In this document: piece after piece, positions 13,765 through 22,709 of the stretch
How the letters are laid out: each line of letters opens with the position of its first letter
Position numbering within the stretch: position 1 is the stretch's first letter
Assembly (NCBI RefSeq): GCF_001194135.2
Contig: NC_068990.1
Span: 19,145,629 to 19,180,481, forward strand
Length of the DNA stretch: 34,853 nucleotides
Source: Octopus bimaculoides
Lineage: Eukaryota
Direction: 5' to 3'
The notes under the pieces: model-generated
The model's input: only the letters and a program-made list of their open reading frames with translations
What the model was told of the DNA's origin: nothing
Database searches by the model: none
Position numbers and translations under genes: made by a program

Positions 13765-13898
13765 CAAAATTCACTTATATGGCATTAGTCGGCACGTAGC
13801 TATAGTAGAACGTATTTGCACAAAGTGCCACGGTGTGGGATTGAACTCGAACCCACTTCTTTATTAAATAAACTTCGTAATATCACAGCCATGCATGC
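13470..13898 (-). mobile_element. Degenerate, near full-length family C SINE with an internal (CA)/(TA) microsatellite
   Basis: 13763-13898 is the reverse complement of the 8441 head (GCTATAGTAGAA...GTGCCACG...GTGGGATTGAAC). 13470-13680 resembles the 3' halves at 20061 and 32755. A microsatellite lies between the two parts. Confidence 0.7.
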
Positions 13899-14533
13899 TA
13901 GAATTGTAGAATTTAAGAAACACAAATATAACATTCATTTAGTTAAGAATCATTTCTCATGCAAGCGATTAAAACGCAACAACAGGCAGCATTCACTGAA
14001 AACATATCAATTACTTTTAATGTAGAGCTACAATTAATGGAATTTGGGCAACAGTCTGAAATAAAATAGAAATAAATTAATAATTTAGTTAATAATAATT
14101 TTGTTATGAATTAAAGTATAAAATGTAACTAACAGACGTAGGTTGAAAAAATAATTCGCTGCCATAAATTTAATTACCAAATGTTTACATGAAATTATGT
14201 AATGTATTGCAGACATGTTGTGCATATAGAAAATGATTAATATGTGTGTGTGTTTGTGCGCGTGTGTGTATCTCTCTATATGTGTGCGTGTTTATGTATG
14301 TATATAAATATAATATTTATATACATATGTACATATACATGCATATATATTTATATATATAGATATTCATGTATACATATACATACATATATACAAATAA
14401 ATGCATATATATATATATATATATATTTGTGTGAGTTTTTGAATGTATTATTTGTGTATGTGAGAGAGAGAGACAGACAGGAAGATGGAAATAGAGATCC
14501 ATAGAATAAATGTCATTATGGTGTCATACTTAC

Positions 14534-14579
14534 TCGTTGATGTATTCGCCTGACGATATCATTCTCGAAACATAATTTC
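14534..14579 (-). CDS. Coding micro-exon, 46 nt, phase 1 to 2: (G)NYVSRMISSGEYIN(D/E); end of an SH3 domain plus linker
   Basis: Acceptor gcttttttgtctctcag|G and donor CGA|gtaagt. It completes FPGNYV when joined to 14651-14691. Confidence 0.75.
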
Positions 14580-14650
14580 CTGAGAGACAAAAAAGCTAAT
14601 AGTAAATATTGTTTGAACGCATTTACTTCTGAAATTACAACATTACTTAC

Positions 14651-14691
14651 CGGGAAATGCGTCAGAGATTTTATTGAAAATGTTAGTACAT
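14651..14691 (-). CDS. Coding micro-exon, 41 nt, phase 2 to 1: xCTNIFNKISDAFP(G); distal part of an SH3 domain
   Basis: Acceptor cttcattctcttttctacacccacag and donor CCG|gtaagt. A 71-nt GT-AG intron leads to the next exon, and only one joined frame is stop-free. Confidence 0.75.
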
Positions 14692-14849
14692 CTGTGGGTG
14701 TAGAAAAGAGAATGAAGTGAAACATATTTAGTGTACTTGTTGATGCACTATGTCATTAACCAACGAACGGATTGTGAACTATAATCCTTAGGTGTGTAGG
14801 TTAAAAACTCAATCCTACTAGGTGAATCCTCTTGAAGCATTACTTGCCA

Positions 14850-15126
14850 AGGTTATCGTCACAGATTTTCTATAGAAATTATAGCCAGCACTAATTACCG
14901 CTATATTGCTATATTTAATGGCTATTTAAGCAATGAGTTAGTGGAAGATTGATGGGTTGTATGGGTGCTGACGAAGCAACGAAATCCCTGAAATATGGCA
15001 TATACATCCTTTATCCATTTCTGATCTTCGATCCCGTTGTTTTTACATTAGGCGACTCGGATACGAAACGTCGTAACAAAATCAGTGCTGGCTATAGTTT
15101 CTATAGAAAATCTATTAAGATAACCT
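14850..15126. mobile_element. 277-bp fold-back element with 47-bp inverted repeats (14850-14896 and 15080-15126); a Penelope-like pLTR remnant or a MITE
   Basis: The core AGATTTTCTATAGAAA(T/C)TATAGCCAGCACT(A/G)ATT matches at 32/34 between the arms, and the match extends outward through AGGTTATC. No target-site duplication is evident. Confidence 0.8.
14944..15029 (+). ncRNA. Candidate type-I hammerhead ribozyme
   Basis: CUGACGA at 14968-14974. Stem II is AG/CU closing an 11-nt loop. GAAA at 14990-14993. Stem III is AUAUG/CAUAU. Cleavage triplet AUA at 15002-15004. Stem I is GGGUG/CAUCC, extended by AUGGG/UCCAU and GAAGAU/AUCUUC. Confidence 0.7.
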
Positions 15127-15439
15127 AAACAAGAGATTTAATAGCACTGTTAACACAGTAACAGACAATAAAGACTTCTCAAAACGTTTAATATACTTTG
15201 TAGTATATTATGGTTTCATAACGAAATACGGTGTCTCTACAGGTCATTAATATTTTCAGATATTGCCCATAGTCTTGATCCGGACTTGAATTCAAAAGCC
15301 ATAATTAGTTTTACTATAATGTTTGTGGATATAAATTGAAATTGTTGATCTTTGTGTCTTAAATTACTCTTGATTTGTATTCTCTGTTAATGGTTTTCAA
15401 ATGTATTACCATGTTTTTTGTCTTTGCTTATTTGATTGC

Positions 15440-16010
15440 CTGATAACTGAATAGTAAGCGAGATGTTCTTTCACATTACTATCAAACTTGACTTCGGCGT
15501 GTTCTCTCCCATGTCAACCTTTCCGATTCTCACTCGAGGATTAATAAAATTAATGCACCAGTCAAGCCCTGGATCTCATATCAATTTAAATCTGCTGACC
15601 TTGTGCAAACTTAGAATGCTATGAAAACGTGGTTAGCTGGAAGAATCACTTCACTCAGGTTAGGAACGAAACATGCGCCCTTGGAGTATAGCGAGTCGAT
15701 GCAGCATCGGGTAAGATGCATTGTGCTATTTGTTCGAGTATTTTGTGTTCTGAGTTCCATTCCTACGAAGTCAACTTCATGTATCTGAAGATGCGCTGTT
15801 GCAGCATTGCGCGTCGCTGCAGCATCAGGTAAATGCATTGTGTTACCTGTTCGAGTATTTTGTGTTCTGAGTTCAAATCCTACGGAGTCAACTTCACCAT
15901 TTATTTGTTCACGTTCCTTCGTTAAAATTACTGTGAAAAACAACTAATTGTGGCAATGGGACCGACTAAGCTGTCATCTCAAATCTGCTGACTTTTTGCT
16001 TAAATTACCG
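15440..16010 (+). mobile_element. Cluster of degenerate family A-type SINE pieces, including a 78-bp head duplicated with a 118-bp period (15701-15779 and 15819-15896)
   Basis: GCAGCATC(G/A)GGTAA...TTCGAGTATTTTGTGTTCTGAGTTC...CCTACG(A/G)AGTCAACTTCA occurs twice. AAATCTGCTGAC(C/T)TT tails occur at about 15590 and 15985. Confidence 0.75.
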
Positions 16011-16042
16011 ATTACAATATCTTTGAACATATGATACTAATA

Positions 16043-16266
16043 CTGGTTCCAAATTCTGGCCCAAGGCCAGCAATTTTACGGGAGGGGTCAAGTTTATTAC
16101 ATCGACCTCAGTCTTCAACTAATACTCATTTATCAACTCCGAAATGTTTAATGACACAGTAGGTTAAATTTGAATTGAGAACGGAAATACATAAAAACCG
16201 GGGTTAATGTAATTGACTTAACCCCTCCTCGAAATTGCTGGCATTGTGTCAAAATTTGAAAACAAT
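16043..16266. mobile_element. Two family A SINE 3' ends in inverted orientation (16043-16185 minus; 16200-16266 plus)
   Basis: ACTGGTTCCAAATTCTGGCCCAAGGCCAGCAATTT...GGAGGGGTCAAG is complementary to CTTAACCCCTCC...AAATTGCTGGCATTGTGTCAAAATTTGAAAACAAT. Confidence 0.85.
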
Positions 16267-16977
16267 ATTGATATTCATGTGAAAGCGTCAAATAACGGTA
16301 TTTAATCCCCTAATTACTAAAGTTTGCAAAACAAGAAAAGGAAAGCTCAGAAAATCAATGAATTTTATATCATAACCTTTTGAAAGATTAGCATTTTAAA
16401 TATTTTGTTTTAAATTTCTGTTAGATGTATTTGATAAGAATCTTTAAATGATTGATAAGAGCTGCAACATGGTCGTACGGTTTCCAATATAAAACAAGAC
16501 GGAAATATTTAAATGTCTGTGTATATGAACATATGTGTCCTGATACACATACATACATACATGTATATAGGTATACACACATCACACACACACACACGTA
16601 TATGAACAGACACATTTACTAATAGTAAGACACAGTTTACAGACGTACGCATATTTACAAAGAACCAATAGACAAAAACGTAGATATTCATAAACGTTAA
16701 CACATATGGATACACAAACGCGAAGAGAACAGGCACATTTCTGCACATCAAATATTGGGACACATATATACATTTTCATATCCATTCACAACAACATACA
16801 TACGCACATATGTACAAACACGAAGTCTTGTATGAAACGATGAAATTCATCGAATGGCGTTTACAGTTTTACGTAATAGAAAATATATGAATTGCATTCG
16901 TTTTCATGTTTGATTAAACTTAATGTTTACTCTTACACCTCTTTCTGTGTACCTTAATATGTCCGTTTCTCTTTTCT

Positions 16978-16978
<1 letters not shown>

Positions 16979-17027
<49 letters not shown>
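16979..17027. repeat. (GA)n microsatellite
   Basis: Read directly. Confidence 0.95.
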
Positions 17028-17031
<4 letters not shown>

Positions 17032-17193
17032 TTGATACATACATACATACATACAAAGATATGTTTCCTAAAATAACATTCTGTAAAGGCTTATACATAT
17101 ATTAGCGTCTGTAATACTTGTATTATAAATGACGTATATGTGAGTTAGTATGCCTCATGTGCACGTGTGTTTATATACATGCAAAGTAAAGAC

Positions 17194-17495
17194 AGGTGAC
17201 TTAGTTATTAGAGTATACGTCTCACAGTCGTAAGGCCGTGGGTGACTTGTGTCCTTGAACAATGCGCTTTATTTTACGCGGTTCCAGTTCGAGCATTTGG
17301 CAAAAATGAGTTGTACCTGTAATTCACAGGGCCAGCCATGTCACATTCTCCATCACTTTGATTCTCCCTGATAACTACGTTAAGCGCACGTGTGTCTGTC
17401 GGGTGCTCATCCACTTGCATGTTATTTTCATGGGCAGGCTGTTCCATTGTTCAGATAAACCGGAATATTCGTCATCACAACCGACAGAGAGCCAG
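17194..17495 (+). mobile_element. tRNA-derived SINE, family B, near full length
   Basis: Degenerate tRNA head. The body (TGTACCTGTAATTC...AACTACGTTAAG...CCACTTGCA...GGCTGTTCC...CCGAC) is the reverse complement of 27639-27824. Confidence 0.85.
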
Positions 17496-18094
17496 TTAAA
17501 AAATATTCATGCAATAGAGGTTTTTCGTGTCTTTCCTTTTATTCCTCATCATACACGACATTTTTTTGGCAATGTTTTTTTGTTATAATAATGAACACAA
17601 TGCTTCTACCTTGAGGCGTCGACGTTATGAATCCCTTAACAACCTTAACGACAAGCACAAACCTCTTTCAAAAATAGGCAACGTATGTAATGTCAGACAA
17701 GTTTAATGTGGAACGTAATGCAAGGGTAAGCCAAGCTCTTATCACTGAATGTTAAGTTCAAGTTATATTTCTGACATAATAGAAATCATCATCAAAACAA
17801 TTTCCTTATATATTTAGCAATCTACTGTTAAATTCTTCACTCCCTGCAACATTTTATATGTAATCGATATTTAATTAATTGTAATCCCTCACCTCACCAC
17901 GACATCTACAGTAGCACCCTCCTATTTCTGTCACAGAACATTGATTACGATGCAAAATATCTTAAATATCGTGTATGAATAATGCATACACGCTTATATG
18001 GCTTATATGTGTTTATATGTATTTATGTAAGCACGAATGCATTTTTGTATGTTTGCCTGTAAGTATGGATGTATGTATATATATGTATATACAT

Positions 18095-18139
<45 letters not shown>

Positions 18140-19400
18140 CATTTTTATGTGAAGATTCAAATGCGTGCAGATTTGTGTGTATATATATATATTTATATAT
18201 ATATACAAATATATATATATATATATATGTATGTATGTGTACACATATGTGTGTGGGTGTGTGTGCGTGTATGTATATGAAATTCACGTGCACTCAATCT
18301 TCAAATGTAAACAGTGAAACTCCTTCAAACGTCTTGATTTTGTACACAACAAATGTAATAGATCGCTTTCAATAATTAGTGCTTGGTGTAATAATCCAAT
18401 TAGTATGGTAATGTGATTGTTTTTCGTAATTTGAGAAAAAATGTTTTTTTTCCCCCGTTTTATTTTTATTCCAAGTAATTCAATTGCTTTCCTTTGCATA
18501 ACTTTGTTCTCCTACTTTTTTAATAAAAATTTACTGAACACTCCCCCTTTTTTTTTGTTAGAATGGATCTTTATTTAATTGAATCCAAATGTAATTAGAT
18601 ACCAGAATGCCTTTATTTGAAACAATGACTTTCATTGTGTCTCTTTATTTTTTAAACTGAAAAGCATTGCTATATTATTCTATTAAGTTACAGCTCGTAC
18701 CTTTACATCTATGAAGATATCTCTAAGAGAATTGTTGGCATTTATTCCATCAACATATATATATNNNNNNNNNNNNNNNNNNNNNNNNNNNNNNNNNNNN
18801 NNNNNNNNNNNNNNNNNNNNNNNNNNNNNNNNNNNNNNNNNNNNNNNNNNNNNNNNNNNNNNNNNNNNNNNNNNNNNNNNNNNNNNNNNNNNNNNNNNNN
18901 NNNNNNNNNNNNNNNNNNNNNNNNNNNNNNNNNNNNNNNNNNNNNNNNNNNNNNNNNNNNNNNNNNNNNNNNNNNNNNNNNNNNNNNNNNNNNNNNNNNN
19001 NNNNNNNNNNNNNNNNNNNNNNNNNNNNNNNNNNNNNNNNNNNNNNNNNNNNNNNNNNNNNNNNNNNNNNNNNNNNNNNNNNNNNNNNNNNNNNNNNNNN
19101 NNNNNNNNNNNNNNNNNNNNNNNNNNNNNNNNNNNNNNNNNNNNNNNNNNNNNNNNNNNNNNNNNNNNNNNNNNNNNNNNNNNNNNNNNNNNNNNNNNNN
19201 NNNNNNNNNNNNNNNNNNNNNNNNNNNNNNNNNNNNNNNNNNNNNNNNNNNNNNNNNNNNNNNNNNNNNNNNNNNNNNNNNNNNNNNNNNNNNNNNNNNN
19301 NNNNNNNNNNNNNNNNNNNNNNNNNNNNNNNNNNNNNNNNNNNNNNNNNNNNNNNNNNNNNNNNNNNNNNNNNNNNNNNNNNNNNNNNNNCACACACACA

Positions 19401-19558
19401 CACACGCACATACACGATGGGGATTCACACAGTATCCGCCAATCAAATTCACATACAAGACATTGTTTATCCGGATTCTATAGTAGAAAACACTTGCTCA
19501 GGGTGCACGCGGTGGAACTGAACCAGGAACTTCATAACCACACAAGCCACTCTGCATC
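19401..19558 (-). mobile_element. Family C SINE, 5' half, with an internal deletion
   Basis: CAAATTCAC...CTATAGTAGAAAACACTTGC...GGAACTGAACC...CCACACAAGCCACTC is the reverse complement of 8441-8603. Confidence 0.8.
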
Positions 19559-20060
19559 TATGCAAATTTCTTCGAAAAAAATAATTAACTGTAACTCTTT
19601 TCCTACAAGCACCAAATACAAAAATTCTTTCCCTCACAAGCAAGGTTAAGGTTAAAATACAGATATGAAAACTTAAATTTATAGAGGTTAATTCTCAATT
19701 GAAACTGCGCTCCTATAAATTGCGAGGCGATAAAACCTAAACAGCTAAAAACAAAAAAAACAAAAAAAACAAAAAAACAAAGTATAAGTTGCTTCAGGTT
19801 AATGTTTAAAATCAAATCTCATTTTTTTTTTTATAGACTGCGATACAAAGTCTACAACACAATAGCAACGGAAACTTCATACCCACACGTCTAACATATA
19901 TGCGTATATATATATATATGGATATATGTGTGCGTATGTATGTGTATGTGTGTGCATGTGTGTATGTATATATGTATGTTTGTATGTGTGTATGTGTGAG
20001 TGTGCATATATATATATGTATTTCCTTCTCCATGCATTTCACAATAACGGTATTTTAACT

Positions 20061-20265
20061 TTTACTTCTTTCTCCCATTGAACTACGGCCATGCTGGGGT
20101 ACCACTTTGAAGGGTTTTTGACGAATGAATCCACACCAGTACTTAGTTTTGAAGCCTGGTGTTTATGCTATCGGTTCTGAGGTCGAACCGCTAAGTTACC
20201 GAGACATACGTAAACCACCGCCCCTTGTCAAGCAGTGATAGGGAACAAACTATGATCAAAACAGA
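20061..20265 (-). mobile_element. Family C SINE, 3' half
   Basis: Shares GCCATGCTGGGG, TTTTGAAGCCTGGT and AACCGCTA with the reverse complement of 32755-32976. Confidence 0.75.
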
Positions 20266-20887
20266 CACACACATACACACGCACGCGCATATCCGTTGCA
20301 CCCACACGCAGGCGTGCAATGTCACGAACATATACCCAGAAACACACCCACCCATCGAAACACACTATTGCTCTACGACTACAGGTGAATCTAATCACCA
20401 TTGAAAAAACATTCAGCTTGTGAAAGACACCAGAATATACTACACCAACGTGCCACGCGGTCCGACTGAATGCGGACCATATAACTGGGAAGCAATCTTC
20501 TTCCCACACAGATACACCTGATCTTATCGATATGTACTCATATATTAAATGGTTACTTAGGCATGGGAAATATTTACTCTTTACACGTTACTAGTAATTG
20601 TATTCCTAAAAGCTTCAAGACATATTTCATTGAAACAAGATGGAGAAATCAATATCTTTGATAAGATAATTATATAGACATGTCAACACAGATTTTGACA
20701 TTGAATTATTACGTTGTGTTGTGATGTCTTCTTAAACATTACGTTTTATGAGTGCCTATTTTTCGAATGTTGATGTGCACACACATTTCAGCGAGTGTCT
20801 GTATATACATGTATATAGATTTATATTTATGTATCTGTCTTTTTCCATCCCGGTATACACTAAAACATACATACATACATACATACA

Positions 20888-20919
<32 letters not shown>

Positions 20920-21099
20920 CACATGCATATACGCATATACATATATATTTAAACTCGCACACATAAGTAGATGGTGTTGTACAAACACGATAAGTTCATA
21001 ACTAGAACTCAAGTGGCATGACAGAAGTTTTGAGAATTTTTCAGGTGAATCATTTATTTCAAAGACTTACAAAGTTCTTTTCTTTCCCAAAGTAAGGTT

Positions 21100-21290
21100 C
21101 TCTGGTGTAGATGATGCCTTTAATTCTAAGAGGACTTGTTTTTCTTGACCTTTTATACCAGCGAAAATCAAATGTTCGGCTCTTAAAAGTTAATCCATAA
21201 GCGGTCTGGAGCATTTTATATGTTTCTGTAGAGTTTTTCCTCAGGTTACCACGAAATATTTTTGAATATTAAGCTTCCATATCATCTTCA
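21100..21290 (-). pseudogene. Mariner/Tc1 transposase N-terminal HTH remnant
   Basis: The minus frame 21244-21140 reads LRKNSTETYKMLQTAYGLTFKSRTFDFRWYKRSRK, which fits the mariner 'GKxxTETYxMLQxAYG...SR...FxWYKRF' motif. It is flanked by stops and decay. Confidence 0.7.
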
Positions 21291-21398
21291 TGCTTATAAG
21301 AATATTTAGAAATGATATTACAAAATTGGAGTAATCACGGACAATATAATTCCCTCGTCTACAAAAATCTCAAGACTTCTGGAATGACTCTCATGTAC

Positions 21399-21460
<62 letters not shown>

Positions 21461-21735
21461 ATAAGCAAATATCCATACATATATGTACATCCCTACATTT
21501 ATATGTATACATACATGCATATGTGGGTACAGGGCATCACAAAAAAAAAACGTTAAACACAATGAGAAACGAAAACATAAAGACGAAAACAGAAAACGAA
21601 CATTTTTCGAACAACGAAAGAAACAGAGAAACAAAACATGCAACATAAAGAGTATAACCCTTCGTCAGTTGTACCTGTTCCATCCACTCCACGTTTCGAA
21701 GGCAAGGACAATACGCGACTTCCTTGGAACAGTCA

Positions 21736-21978
<243 letters not shown>

Positions 21979-22668
21979 GATCGAATGCAAATTCATAAAT
22001 TCATTAATATGTCAATGGCAATGAATCTGTGAAAATGGAAATAATTTCAGACTGACAAGGTGAAACCTATCTTTCTACAGATTTCGAAATTTCGGGGTTC
22101 ATATCTCTTTGTCAAGAGAAAATGCAAGATGTTAAGATTTTATCATTTATTCAAATAATTTCAAAAGTTTTGTGACATGCATAAAATGATATTGCTACAA
22201 TAAAGAATCTGCCGCGTGAAACTCTTGTCTAGACATATATGCAAATCTCAACATCTAAGAAATTTAATACAAAACCATGTTGTCTCCGTCCGACAACAAT
22301 GCTGAAACTTTTAAGAAACTGTTGTTTATGATAGTTTTATGGCTCTTAAACTCGTATGAATAGAATTTGCAAGACTTCATTAACGGTTAATGTGTGAGTG
22401 TTTGAAATTCATTTATACTGTTTAAATTATCTCTTTTATGCGTTTTGTTACAAACAATATAGGCAGTTTTAGACATGAAACTAGGAACTACATAAAACAT
22501 TTACGCTTCATGATACTAGCATTATGTGGATATCTGCTTAATGCAATAGTGACACTATTTGATATTGAAAACATCTATACACTTACCAAACCACTCAAAT
22601 TTTCAAGCTACACACTCTTTCGCACACACGCACGCATGCAAACACACACATGCACGTACGCATGCATA

Positions 22669-22709
<41 letters not shown>

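Noticed and set aside
14550-14575. CTGACGA...GAAAC on the plus strand
   Set aside because: No stem II or III and no NUH site. It is simply the antisense of the SH3 micro-exon.
15050-15080. A second CGAAACGTCGTA motif inside the fold-back element
   Set aside because: There is no upstream CTGANGA, so at most it is a decayed second ribozyme.
21560-21735. Minus strand has CGAAACG followed by CTGACGAAGG (hammerhead core words in permuted order)
   Set aside because: No valid topology: the triplet after the putative stem III is GUG, there is no stem I hairpin, and stem II would have to pair with core bases. It is probably a repeat fragment.
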